This document shows positions 13,650 to 26,716 of a stretch of DNA of 64,000 nt, piece after piece (positions within the stretch are counted from its first letter, which is position 1; the number at the start of each line of letters is the position of its first letter). The notes below the pieces were generated by a model. That model made no database searches. It saw only the letters and a program-made list of their open reading frames with translations, and had not been told where the DNA came from. The translations under genes were made by a program, and so were the position numbers. The DNA comes from Okamejei kenojei (taxonomy: Eukaryota). The DNA is taken from the NCBI GenBank assembly GCA_035221665.1, contig CM069154.1:31062001-31126000 (forward strand), read 5' to 3'.

Positions 13650-14320
13650 TTGCAACAGAGATCAGAACAGTGCAGGAACAGGTCCCATGGCCCATTATGT
13701 TTGCACCGACCATGATGGCAATGTAAACTAATTCCATCTTCCTATGTACATGTCCATATCCCTCCATTCCGTGCATCTATGTAACTGCTTTTTATACATT
13801 GCTATCATATCTGCTTCTACTATGACCCTTGGCTGTGGGTTCAAGCATTTACCCTTCTGTTTAAAATCTTGTAAATCTCCTTTAAACGTTCGCCCTCTCA
13901 CCGTAAACCCAAGCCCTCTCGTACTTGACATTTCCACACCAGGGAAAAAGAAAATTTATCCGCTTTACGCCTCTCAAAATGTTATCGACCACATCACTCT
14001 TCAGTTCCAGTGAAAACAATCCATCTTTCATTATAATATTCTCCAATCTGGCAACATCCTGGTGAACTTCTTCTGCATCCTCCCCAAAACATCCATATTC
14101 TTCCTGTAATATGGTGGCCAGAACTGCACACAATACTCTAAAGGTGTGACTGAACCAAAGATTTGAACGGCTGCAACATGACGTGCAAACTTCAATATTT
14201 AATGGCCTGAATGATGTAGGTAAACATGTTACACACCTTCTTTATCACCATATCCATTTATGTTGCGACCTTCAAGTTATGGACCTGCATCCTGAGATCT
14301 CTCTGTACATCAATGGTCCC
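13650..14320 (-). mobile_element. CR1 3' fragment, degenerate
   Basis: gagtattgtgtgcagttctgg (EYCVQFW) motif and typical 3' UTR. Confidence 0.8.
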
Positions 14321-14771
14321 ATGGGGAATACTACATTCTTTTTTAACTGTCCTCATTTATCCAATGACTAGATAGTATTAACATCATTTTGTCAGCTGGT
14401 TAAGCTTGCGCTCCATATTATCGCAGGTATTCCTTTTGACTTTCTACCATTTAGAATCAGAGTTATACAGCATTTGGTCCAATGTGTCCGTACCGACCAA
14501 AATGCCTTACCCCATTTGGTCTATATCCCTCTAAAACCTGTCTAAATTAAAGTGCATTTACTTCCAAAACTTCCTACTTCTGAAGGACAACTAAAATGGT
14601 GGCTCCTGCTCCCTTTCCATCAATGCTGTCTGAATTTCCGCACTGATTTCAGTCCATTTTGTTGCTACTTCCTGATTTTAGAATGCTGTGAATTACACTT
14701 CTCACGTACAGTGAATCTTGTATACTTAGATATTTATTATCCAAGGAAAACAAGTAGATTCTACTACATTA

Positions 14772-15087
14772 ATTTAGTTCAGAGATACAGCATGGAAACA
14801 GGCCGTTTGGCCCACCGAGTCCGCACCGACCAGCGATCCCCACACATTAACACTATCCTGCACACACCAGGGACAATTTTATATTTATACCAAGTCAATT
14901 AGCCTACAAACCTGTACGTCTTTGGAGTGTGGAAGGAAACTGAAGATCTAGGAGAAAACCCATGTGGGTCACGGGGTGAACGTACAAGCTCTGTGCACAC
15001 AGCACCCGTAGTCTGGATTGATCCCGGGTCTCAGGCACTGTAAGATCTTTAAGGTAGCAACCCTACCGCTGCGTCACCGTGCTGCCC
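14772..15087 (-). mobile_element. V-SINE (HE1-like)
   Basis: Full head-to-tail family motifs. Confidence 0.9.
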
Positions 15088-16297
15088 ATCAATTAGCAAA
15101 CCAAGGGGCAAAGTAGTAAAGCTTACAAATTCAAAGTTTACAATGGGAATGAACAAAAATAGTACAAAATCACATTTGATTTAAGTAATATAAACAAGCG
15201 CATTTAACGCAGGTAATAAGTCAAAATAATGGCATGAAATTTGCAAATTTCCCCATTAATTTAAACTGACATACTTAGCTTATTAATATTTTTCACTGCA
15301 ATCCTTGCTATCTTCCATTAAATAAATAAACGAGCTATGCATACAATTGCCAACACTAGAATAATTATGCACCAGAAGCACTTCAGCAAGTTGAGCAAAT
15401 TTAAGGGAAGAGCCCGTTAAGTGTTACACTGATGCAGCAAAGGAAATCAGACTCATGGGAAGGTGTGCACGGTTACAAATCAAAACACTTCTACTTTCGT
15501 AATTGCAAGGATTATTCAAATGGTACAAGGAGGGCAGTCAATTGAGTGGAGTTTCTATAGGATGGAGGTTAATTTTATGCTGAAATGCCTGAAGCTGATA
15601 CAGTAACTTCAGGCAATACCTTGGAAAGAAGCTTAAGTCTTCACACTATATTAGAAGAAGAGTCCATTCCCAGCACAAAGGCTACCTATCCAACTAAATA
15701 AATGAAAGCCGGAGGGCAGCATGAATACAGAGGGTTAAAATAATGATTAGGAACTTTGGCCTTGAGATACGTTCCATTAAGGGATTTGCAACCAAAGCTT
15801 TCATTTTCAAGATTACAAATGAGATAGTTTATAGGGCTTTGTTTTAATGTAGTGGCTCAGTATGATGAGCCTCAAACAAAGTGAAGAAGAAGTAATACCT
15901 CTTTAGCCGATTACTCATTTGGAAGTGTTTTGTTTGTTGTGTTTTGAATTAAGAATATAACTGCATTTAATGAAATAAAGGAGGGAAATACTTGACCTTT
16001 TTTTAAGAAAGAATCTTTGCTACAAGTTTAGTATTTTAAAAAGGAGGTTATCCATAGGCTTCTAGATTATCCCTAGAGATATTGTGAAAAGATATTAAGA
16101 ACCTTGATCAACTTGGAGGGAAAAAAGCATACATTTCTGGAATTTGTTCGATCTCCAGCATGGATGACTGAATAGGAGGGTAAATATGTAATGGCAATTG
16201 GCAAGGTAAAGAATTACCTTGGTCACTTTGGAGATTACATTATCTATGTATTCAGGTATAATCAATCATGCTTGTATACTGAAGAGAAACATCATAC

Positions 16298-16348
16298 CTT
16301 TAGCTCTTCCTCCATTTCAGAAACTTTCCTCTCCAAAGCACGTTTTTC
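16298..16348 (-). CDS. PPP1R12B: MYPT2 exon, 51 nt: EKRALERKVSEMEEELK
   Basis: cattacag| ... |gtatga. Matches ERRALERKMSEMEEEMK. Confidence 0.96.
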
Positions 16349-17175
16349 CTGTAATGGATGCATTGTGCAATATTAGAATAAGGAATGTAGACAAGTATCT
16401 CAAGATACAAATATATCAAAAACATAAAAGGTGTGATTGGTTCTAACTGTCTCCCCTGTTGTGGAGGACCATAGACAGTCTCGAATCATCACACCCCTTA
16501 TTATAGCCAAATAGATTGGGGTAATCAATCCCTCTTGGTTCTTACTTTCTTCAAATCCATAATGTGGATGATATGTACTTTGCTGATCCTGAAGGAAACA
16601 AACTGGGAAGAGTTGCAGGGTAGCCTAGAGTTGTACCCCTGCATCCGTGCTCTGAACTATCACCACTTAAAACATCTGACAACGTTTCTAGGTTATACAA
16701 CACTCCCCTCTCTGTTTCGCTTACAACTGATCGATTGAGAGATATAGAATAGAAACACACCCTTCACCGTCATCAATTCTGGATGATGAGTCAGTACAAT
16801 TACTATAAACTAAAACTTCTGTATTGCTTATTTACTTTTAATAGTAAATTATGCAGTAAATTAGGGATATCTTTTTATTAATATACTCGTGTCAGTCTGT
16901 CCCGCTGAGTTACTCCAGCTTTTTGTGTCTATCTTCTGTTTAAACCAGCATCTGCAGTTCCTTCCTATACAAATCTCAATTTAATGCTCAGAACTCAAAG
17001 AACAACCAGTATTTTCACCTAATTTATGCTTAAAAGGTTTGCCATGGAACAGCTAAGTTGGTTGGCTCTTAATGTAATTATTTGAAGGGTGATGTAACAA
17101 TAGATGAATATATATTTTAATTTCATGTTCCTATTATTTGATAAGACATAAGGTGTACAGATGGACTTAACTTAC

Positions 17176-17226
17176 CCTTCTCTCCATCTCCAGCATCGAA
17201 GACTTATCAGAAATCCGTTCCTGTTT
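17176..17226 (-). CDS. PPP1R12B: MYPT2 exon, 51 nt: [17 protein letters not shown]
   Basis: gtgtttcag| ... |gtaagt. Matches KQEKTSDRSSVLEMEKR. Confidence 0.96.
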
Positions 17227-17324
17227 CTGAAACACACAAGTATGTACATTAGTCTGCACTGAATTGTCAATGCAACCTTCTCGGCCACAACATTTAATTT
17301 TAAGAACTGTGCAAGAAAAACTAC

Positions 17325-17429
17325 CTGAGTCGTTTTCTCCAGCTGGGCTTTCACGTCAGTAAGTTCAAGTTGTGCCACTTGCAGTTTGGCTTTAAGTTTA
17401 TCATTTTCTGTCAAGGCCTCTTCATACAA
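17325..17429 (-). CDS. PPP1R12B: MYPT2 coiled-coil exon, 105 nt: [35 protein letters not shown]
   Basis: Acceptor ttctgttttgaag| and donor |gtagtt. Matches LYESALTENQKLKTKLQEAQLELADIKSKLEK. Confidence 0.96.
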
Positions 17430-17553
17430 CTTCAAAACAGAAATAAGCACATGTGTACTATTTATAATTAAAAAAAAATAATAATCTCAACAATGCAATT
17501 AAATATTTGCAGTTACTAAAAGATAAAAAGTGCTTTCTTCAACTGGTACAAAT

Positions 17554-17760
17554 AACTTCAGGTAGCCCTTGCTCTCTCTCCCCCCCCCCACCTTCCCAGG
17601 CCTCCTACTAGTCCCACTGTCTCCGCCCACTTTCTTTCTTTGCCCTACCCACTCCCCCGACATCAGTCTGAAGAAGGGTCTCAACCCGAAACATCATCAA
17701 TTCCTTCTCTCCATAGATGCTGCCTCACCCGCTGAGTTTCTCCAGCATTTTGTGTCTACC
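17554..17760 (+). mobile_element. Penelope-like pseudo-LTR repeat with hammerhead-like core
   Basis: AAC TTC AGG TAG (NFR*, like a PLE ORF end), pyrimidine tract, CTGAAGA-stem-GAAA at 17668-17691, then the family tail gatgctgcctcacccgctgagtttctccagcattttgtgtct. Confidence 0.65.
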
Positions 17761-19024
17761 TACAATTAAATTCAAACTTGGTTACTTCCAGAAGTGAGAG
17801 AGGCTTCAGGAATGTGATCATGCTTCATCTGGGAACAATTTAGAATGTTCCTTATCATCTTGTATACATTAAAACTATCCCCATATTTTTCCAAACAGAT
17901 ATTCTTTAACAACTTCCCAATATTGCCAGGAATGTAATACATTTGAATTATTGTTACTGGACTGATTAAAAATGACATCCAGCCTGGACAATGTAATTTG
18001 AGCTGAGATCATGTTCAACTTTGGAACATTGACTGTATTCTGTTGAATACACTCTATTCATATTATACAAGGACTGCTCGGCCTTCATGTGGGTGGATGG
18101 GTATGGAGAGATGGAAATAATGGCTTCAAATTCTAAAAGTAAGTGTGCTGCAAAATAATTCAATTCTGGCACAAATTTTATTTGCTGTCCGGAGCAACAG
18201 TTTGAGCAATCGTGTAAGAGATTGAGCAACCGTTTGAGCAATCTTTTAAGAGAGAAAAGCTGACTATTTCATGATTTAATCACAAAGAACCATGTCCATT
18301 CCAAGTTCACTGCCCATGGGGTTCGCAGTAGTTTTTCCACTGATCCTCTTTTTAAACATTCAGCCGCTTGGGATTTATTTATATTAGATTATGGACATTA
18401 GAGCACAGATTTGACTATTTTGTTACTGTAAATGGAGTTGAAGGAACACTTCCATTTTAAACACTAGCAAGCCAAAAAGGCATTGAAGTTATAAATATAC
18501 TCATACAATAAAAAATATTTTCAAAAACTCCTACGTTTCCTCTATTTTTAGAACACTTTATTCTGGTTATTTAATCATGCACACAAAATTAATGAAGGGT
18601 GTTATCAATCACTTATGATTCAAGGCTACCACTTAATTTTTGTAGCAAAATTAATGCTTCAGTTGTAATGTACAGAGAGGATAATATTGTACCCTCCCCT
18701 CCACCCCTTGCTAATCCATAGATGGGTTTCCAAATATTATGAACATTTATGAATGGCAGGTTATTATATTGACCCAATGTTACAGTAATCTTAGACCACA
18801 ATCATATTTAGTTATAGTTAAAAATACAAAATAAATGCTAAATTGTATCACATTTTAATTGCAATTTTGCATTCTTCCAAACCTAAACAGATTTTTACAA
18901 AACTTAAAGAAATATTTGCAAAGAACATTTACAGTCAAGGTGTCTGAAAGCAATTAGGAACTAAAGGAGAAGAGGGATGCAGCAGCATAATAATTAAGGT
19001 TTCTAATATGTAGAAACAGCTTAA

Positions 19025-19152
19025 TGCTCTTGCTTTATTTTAAGCAACCCAAATAACTAATTTCACAGGAGAATGCCTACCTATTATTGCTCTTGCTTTA
19101 TTTTAAGCAACCCAAATAACTAATTTCACAGGAGAATGCCTACCTATTATTG
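19025..19152. repeat. Perfect 63-bp tandem duplication
   Basis: tgctcttgctttatttt...cctacctattat starts at 19025 and again at 19088. Confidence 0.95.
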
Positions 19153-19402
19153 GTACTGGATGAACTTATTGCAAAACAGATTTCCTCAAATAGCACATTT
19201 ATTGTTTTGGATAAAAGTTTGAGCATTGACCCATCCTGATTCGTGGGTTGCAAATAATTTAGCCTTCCTGTGAGCAAACAATTCAATTAGCTCACAGAAA
19301 CATTTACATGCACGAAACATTTACGATTCCAAATCAATTGCCAGTGTTATTAAATAGATTAAAGTATTTTTCAAAATAAATATTTTGCCATGTCTTTAAT
19401 TA

Positions 19403-20638
19403 ATAGACAATAGACAATAGATGCAGGAGTAGGCCATTCGGCCCTTCGAGTCATTCGGCCCTTCGATCATTCGAGCCATTCAATGTGATCATGGCTGATC
19501 CACAATCAGTACCCCGTTCCTGTCTTCTCCCCATATCCCCTGACTCCGCTATCTTTAACAGCCCTGTCTAGCTCTCTCTTGAAAGTATCCAGAGAACTGA
19601 GGCAGAGAATTCCACAGTCTCACAACTCTGTGTGAAATGGCCTACCCCTTATTTTTAAACTGTGGCCCCTGGTTCTGGACGTACCCAACATCGGGAACAT
19701 GTTTCCTGCCTCTAGCGTGTCCAAACCCTTAATAATCTTATATGTTTCAATAAGATACCCTCTCATCCTTCTAAATTCCAGAGTATACAAACCCAGCCGC
19801 TCCATTCTCTCAGCATATGACAGTCCCGCCATCCCGGGAATTAACCTTGTGAACCTATGCTGCACTCCCTCACTAGCAAGAATGTCCTTCCTCAAATTTG
19901 GAGACCAAAACTGCACACAATACTCCAGGTGTGGTCTCACTAGGGGCCTGTACAACTGCAGAAGGGCCTCTTTGCTCCTATACTCAACTCCTCTTGTTAT
20001 GAAGGCCAACATGCCATTTGTTTTCTTCACTGCCTGCTGTACCTGCATGCTTACTTTCATTGACTGATGAACAAGGACTCCCAGGTCCCGTTGCACTTCC
20101 CCTTTTCCCAACTTGACACCATTTAGATAATAATTGGCCTTCCTGTTTTCGCTACCAAAGTGGATAACCTCACATTTATGCACATTAAACTCCATCTGCC
20201 ATGCATCTGCCCACTCAACCAACTTGTCCAAGTCACCTTGCATTCTCATAGCATTCTCCTCACAGTTCACATTGCCACCCAGCTTTGTGAAATCTGCAAA
20301 TTTGCTCATGTTACTTTGAATCCCATCATCTAAATCATTGTTGTATATTGTAAATAGTTGCAGTCCTAGGACCGAGCCTTGCACAAATCACTGCCTGCCA
20401 TTCTGCAAGGGACCCGTTAATCCCTACTCTTTGTTTCCTGTCTGCCAACCAATTTTCTATCCATGTCAGCACCAATACCATGTGCCCTAATTGTGCCCAC
20501 TAATCTCCGGTGTGGGACCTTATCAAATGCTTTCTGAAAGTCCAGGTACACTACATCCACTGGCTCTCCCTTGTGCATTTTTGTAGTTACATCCTCAAAA
20601 AATTCCAGAAGATTAGTCAAGCATGATTTCCCCTTCGT
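19403..20638 (-). mobile_element. CR1-clade LINE, 5'-truncated, with RT C-terminal part largely in frame
   Basis: VDVVYLDFQKAFDKVPH, QGSVLG.QLF.IY.NDL, SKFAD.TKLGG, LVRPHLEYCVQFWSP; (ctattgt)n tail. Confidence 0.95.
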
Positions 20639-20721
20639 AAATAATTAATTTGGTGCAATTTTTCATAAACATCATAATCGTTGGTGATAGCATATCAAAG
20701 TGTGTCATCTCTGCTCGCTAC

Positions 20722-20866
20722 CTTCTTATAATCCTTTACAGCATTGTCTTGCTCTGGTTTAGTTAAGGATGCCAATCGATTCTCCCTGCGCGTATAGGAA
20801 CTTGTTCGACTCAACAAACGATCACTGCAAATGTCCGTCGAGATATTTGATGATCCGGAATCCAAC
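20722..20866 (-). CDS. PPP1R12B: MYPT2 coding exon, 145 nt, phase 2/0: (R)LDSGSSN...RRENRLASLT...KDYKK
   Basis: Acceptor ttttgctttcag| and donor |gtagcg. Matches MYPT2 RLESGGSN...RLATLT...DYKK. Confidence 0.95.
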
Positions 20867-21451
20867 CTGAAAGCAAAAGCAATACACACATGCTACAGTC
20901 CAAAATCCACAATTAAGCTGTATAACTGCCATGTTAAACACATCAAATCAAATCCCTGTTAATGATCTAAAACAATACACCCCTGACTCAGATTGCAAAA
21001 GGACTGTTTTTACTTGGAAACTAATTGTGAATATAGTATATATTGACACTTCATAATTATTCCATTATTTAATGATAAATTAAATACTTAGATCTGTACA
21101 ATTTCATCATAAAATGCAAGCAAATATGGTATTATTAACAGGGTAGTTTTCAGTTAATACAAAAATTATTCACTGTCAAGAAAATTAAGACATTTTGCCA
21201 TGCTTTCTCCTGAACTAAATGTTAACATAACACTTAAAGCAATGAATGAAATTGTTCATGTCCAAATATGACCAAATATTTTTGCTGTTTCTCCCACAAA
21301 ACGGTGCATGAATATATGGCAATGCCAAAGACCAAGGTTAGCTGTTTTTCCTTTAAAGTGTAGCTAATTTTGATAAAAAGTATTGTATACAACACTAAAA
21401 AATGGATGGACAGAATGTTACAGTATTTGCAAGGTATGAAATTGTTCTTAC

Positions 21452-21468
21452 CTGCTGAGACGATCAGG
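21452..21468 (-). CDS. PPP1R12B: MYPT2 17-nt micro-exon, phase 0/2: PDRLS(R)
   Basis: ttaattttgcag|CCTGATCGTCTCAGCAG|gtaaga. Homologous to human HERLSR and supplies the phase change needed by the next exon. Confidence 0.9.
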
Positions 21469-23567
21469 CTGCAAAATTAAAACAACATTGCTTAGTATAT
21501 TGATGAGACAATCTAAAGTTTTGCTGATGAATTAGGATTTTGACATGAAATTAAATCAGCATTACAAAAGAGCTGATTTTCAATCTGAACCCACAAATAG
21601 TGCGAATAAAGAAAGTGAATATGAACCCCTCAAGAACAGCACACATCATCTGATTGTTAGAGACATAGCTCATTTGAAGCCGATCATGCTGGATCTTTAA
21701 ACCCAAAGGAACTGCTAGCAGATGTGCCAGATTATAGATGTTAGAAGTTTGGTTCAGAAATAAATCATGTGTCTGGAAACACTTGGTCAAATCAAGTTCT
21801 ATTTGGGATTAGAGACATATGCAAAACAAAATGTTACACTATCTTTTTTCCTCTGGTTGAGGAAACGTACTATGCTAGCTCATGATTTGCATCCAACCGG
21901 GCTGAGAAACAGCTGAATACACTACAAGTGGTACTTTACAGATCAGGATCGAGGACTCTTTACCACCATGCAATTAATTAACAAATACAGAACTTTACGC
22001 TCCAAATTAGGAGGATGTGCAACTGCAGTTAAGTTCAAGTAAATATATGTGAAAGTAAATTCAAATATATGTGGTACTTTATTAGGGATGAGAATTCTGA
22101 AATATAATACAGATTGCCAGTTCTTCCAAGGCTAATCACTTATTCTTCATGCTGCAATTAATGTTGGTGTACTGGTATTTCCTGTATCTATCTCTGCTGC
22201 ATAACCTTCAAAATACATTCCAATCCAAAATTGGTTAAGTTTTCTTGTAAAATGTTTTACACAACTGTCATAAGCAAAGTCTTCAGTTTCTTGTATTATA
22301 GCATACTAATCATAATGTTCTCCTTAAAATATGTATCCTGTTTTTACCAAAAGCCCATTCACATCAATGAAAGCAAAGTCCAAAAACACAATACCAAAAT
22401 ATGCTTTCAATGAATACATAGTTTTATAAAGAACTTCATGTTTCATTTGCAATTTAAGGTTGTAAAGTGTACTTTTATTAAATGTATCTTATTTTCTGCT
22501 TTCATTATTAGCATTTGAATGGTAAGAGATGACCAAGATACTCATAACAACTGCTATTTGGAATTTAAATATACCCTCCTTCATGAGAATAACGTTAATA
22601 TACTTCTCTAAAATTTACTACTGAGCAAAGCCTCTCCTGAAAAATTGCACCTCGGAAAGAGGAAAATATTTACAGTCGAAGGATAATTTGACACATTATA
22701 AGATTATAGGCACAGTTACCATTTTACTAATTCGTTATTGAAGCCCCTTCTGTTTTAGAAAAATGACATATGGGGACACATGCTGCATATTAACAATAAG
22801 GTTGAGGTGGGATGTTTAGATGGTCAAGCGAAGAGGAAGAAAACACAAAAAGATCACATGCAATTTGTGCCCTTTTGAAAGTTTACCAAAAGGCACCAGT
22901 GAAAAGTGAGAGATCACATTCAACATATCCACAAACTTTAGCATCTTTATTTTTTTTTAATAGTGTTGGAGACCTCCGTATTCATTGTCAGTACTTTTGC
23001 TTATTATTATAATTATTATAGTGCTCTGAATACGACTATTCCTAAAACACTAAAACAAAAATCATACTTGGTTCATGTATTAGAGATCTCTTCCCAACTT
23101 CCCCTTCAATTAGTCAATTTGAACACATGGTCTTTGTAAAAGCAGGAAACTACACCTTGGTTCTTTTAAAAACGCAGGGAAGATAATTTGGGCTGAAAGA
23201 AAGATTGCAAAATTAAAAGTTTAAATCAAAAAAGAATGCAAGCTTCTGAGAAACTACATAAAATGAAGCTGAATCTTTCTCTTTTTTTTTTAAAAAAAAG
23301 GAGATTCACAGGGGATTTTTTTTAACAAAAGGAACACAAATCAGTTGCTAATCTGCTAATTTTGCTGTGTCATCTATTAAATAACTGATTTCACAGTTCT
23401 TATATTTCAACTTTTAATGTGGAAAATAAGACTCTTATCAGGCTGGGTAATCATGGAAAAAAGCCTCTGCCTAAATTCGGCCAGCTGCACTTCTTGTTGA
23501 AGGCTGAACAGCAGCTTCTTTTCTGTCAAAGGCTGTAAAAAGGCTTTTTGACCATTTAGATGTCTTC

Positions 23568-23768
23568 CAGTGGTTCTTAACCTGGGGGTCAGGACCCCCA
23601 TGGGGGGGGGGGGGGGGTCATTTGAGGCTTTACGGGGGACATGAAGGGGTCATAAATAACAGATCCATTTGTTCAGCCCATTTTTAGGAACTTAACAAAG
23701 GTACACACCACATACAGTTTTTTGTTCGCGTATGCGCGTACGTATGCCAAAAAGGTTAAGAACCACTG
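23568..23768. mobile_element. hAT-Charlie-like MITE
   Basis: Perfect 16-bp TIR cagtggttcttaacct / aggttaagaaccactg; no clear 8-bp TSD. Confidence 0.75.
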
Positions 23769-26716
23769 TCTTAGATGGAGATGGATATTATTGGATTTAA
23801 ATAAAAAGTTAAAGATGAATACATTTAAGATTTAGCCAACAAAACACTTCAAATCAAGTATAAATATGTATGGTATTCTACAGGCTCAATGATCTCATGT
23901 AAACAAAGTCATTAATCAGATGCCAGCCCTCTCCGGCATAAATCTATCGGTTGGATGTGAAGTGCATCCAGAACTGCTCTTCATCAGGTCACTCCTCCAC
24001 CACTGGATGCAATGGCGAATTCAGTTGTGGAGTGAACAGTTTGTATCCGACCTTAAGAATGTTTGTAAATCCATATATTATTCAAAGCTTAGACGTTTGG
24101 ATGAAAATTAGATAAAGTTAGCAAATGGAAAATAGAAATCTATGGATAAATACTTGCATAAGTGACGTCAGTGAAAAGATCAAAGCAGAAAAGACAAAAT
24201 TAAATTCTCGGTAATATCTTCTAAAAAGATCAGAATTTCTCACAGTATTTCAAAATGTGCGGTTGTTTAATCAGCTAAATAGACCGGAATTATCCAGGTT
24301 TAATAAGTTAAAACAATAAAAGAGATCAAGTTTTCATTTGGTACTTTTATGAACCAATATGAGCATTTGTATTTATTTTTATGAAGGGCGGAAATTGCCA
24401 ATAGCTGACTGACTCACGCTTAATAATGAAAATAACCATCTTTCCAAATATTCCAATGGTTAAATTCAAGTATTACATCAACACGTAATATATTGCCCAG
24501 TACTTGACTTCACAGCCTTTGAAATCTCAAAAAGTGGAATGAGGAGCCTTCAAAATTGCTTCTGCTACATGAACTTACATGTAACAATTCACAATGCCTG
24601 CTCATTAAAGTGATACTTGGAGTCAGAGTCATACAGCATGGAAACAGGCCCTTTAGACCAACATGCCCCATCTACACTAGTCCCACCTGCCTGCGTTAGA
24701 CCCATATCCTTCTAAACCTATCTTATCCATAACTTGTACAAGCTTTACCTATATTGAAGTTCCTTTGTGTAACGTAATATGTATCTAATTCAAATTGCAG
24801 TATCTAACTTTAACATTCAAAACACAACGCAGGAGGTTAAGTTCAAAACTACAAGGACTCAAAAACAGCAAATGGTTGAATAGAATGTTAGTTACTATTG
24901 TTTCCGTAATTCTTTCCAGCAAGCTGTTTTAAGTTAAGCAATGGATTACAATACCTTTATCTATTCAAAAAATCTTTACAACCGGTAATGTTCTGAATGC
25001 CACTGTTAGTTTAGACTGGCGCAGATGGTTTACTCCAGGATGTGGGCATGTAAGCTCCTGCAATGTTGGAGACCATAAGGAATAGAATTAGGCCATTCGG
25101 CCCATCAAGTCTACTCTGCCATTCAATTATGCCTGTCTACCTCCCCCTCCTAACCCCATTTCCCTGCCCTCTCCCCATAACCTCTGACACCTGAACTAAT
25201 CAAGAATCTATCTATCTCTGCCTTAAAAATATTTACTGACATGGCCTCCACGGCCTTCTGTGGCAAAGAATTCCACAGACAGTCAAAGATCCTGACCGTC
25301 ACATGCAATGTCTAGCTGACCAGCTGGATCAGAAAGATCACATGCTCGTCTTTATAACTGATCCTAATGTATAGTTAAAATGTCGGAGCCCATCCAACAT
25401 TACTTTCTTAACAAATGAACAATCAATGCCACTTGAGGAATTTCAAAATGACTAACTGTATCTTGAAAGTAATGTTTTGGTTCAGTATTAATTTGATAAG
25501 CCCCAAGCATATAGGCGTACAAAGTGCTTCCATTTAGAGGGTAGCATTCAAAGTTGCATATTGTTTAAAAATTCCCTTTTTTTTTATTTAAAAAAAAAAA
25601 AATCCACAAAAAATTTCTTCACTGACATGTTGATAAAGGAAAATGTAAGCATTATTTGTACAGGAAGGAACTACAGATGCTGGTTTAAATCGCAGATAGA
25701 CAAAATGTTGGAGTAACTCAGCAAATTCCAAACCTATTATTTATAATTATATATATTCTGAAGTTAGACACAAAAAGCTGGAGTAACTCAGTGGGACAGG
25801 CAGCATCTCTGGAGAGAAGGAATGGGTGACATTTCGAGTCAAGATCCGTCTTCAGCATTCTTGTTTGTGTCATAAATTTAGTCCAAGATACTTTGAAAAA
25901 CACTGAACTGATTTACATTCTGAACGCAATCTTCCCGTACGACCAGTGGTGAAGTTCCTTTTTTAGTAAAAGTAAACTTTTGGGAGTTTGCAACAAAACA
26001 ATATTCCTTTTCCTCCCCCCATCACAATCTCCTTTTCCTGACTCATTCTCCTTCAACTCACACTATAACAAAATGAATGTTTAGAACAGCCCAGCCAAAT
26101 CACTATAAATATAGAGCTATTTTAAGACAAGCTTGGATTGATGTAGGAAGGCACATTTCCTTCAATTGGACAATCTTCCCTTCTCCCACAGACGATGTAA
26201 CTGAAGACAGATGCATCTTGTCCACCGCAGTAATCTCTGATGCAAGGACCCACAAGAACAATTTGGAATTCTTTATTCTAGCCTGCAAACCAATGCAATA
26301 TTCCTATATTTTCAGAACAAATATACTGTATTGCTAATGGCATCACTTAAAGCATGGTGTAGCTGCTTGACAAAGGGTCTGCTCATTTTGATTGAAATTA
26401 GATTAAGAAGCAAAAGGCATTTTCTCAAGCAAAGAGAAAATTTGGCAGGCACTAGCATACTGGTTCATTAAAACAAGATCCATTTTTGCCAATGTGGATG
26501 TGTTATGCCAAATAATCTCCCTGGGCCATAAATATCTATGATTCAATGGATGTTCAGAATAAATACAGCTATTTAGTCTGTAATTTCAATTGAGCCAAGC
26601 TACATTTCTTTTATATGGACTTATTAATTTATTTAATGGAAAATCAATTGTGTAATTTCACATCTAAATGCAATCAGCTTCGAAACATATTATCTACTAT
26701 CAAGATTCCTGAATTA

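Noticed and set aside
19620-20384. 254-aa ORF as a host gene
   Set aside because: It is a truncated CR1 reverse-transcriptase fragment with upstream frameshifts.
22002-22234. CArG boxes (22002, 22225; also 9802, 39074) and a MEF2 site (18542) as muscle enhancers
   Set aside because: Several such motifs are expected by chance in 64 kb of AT-rich DNA, and no conservation data are available.
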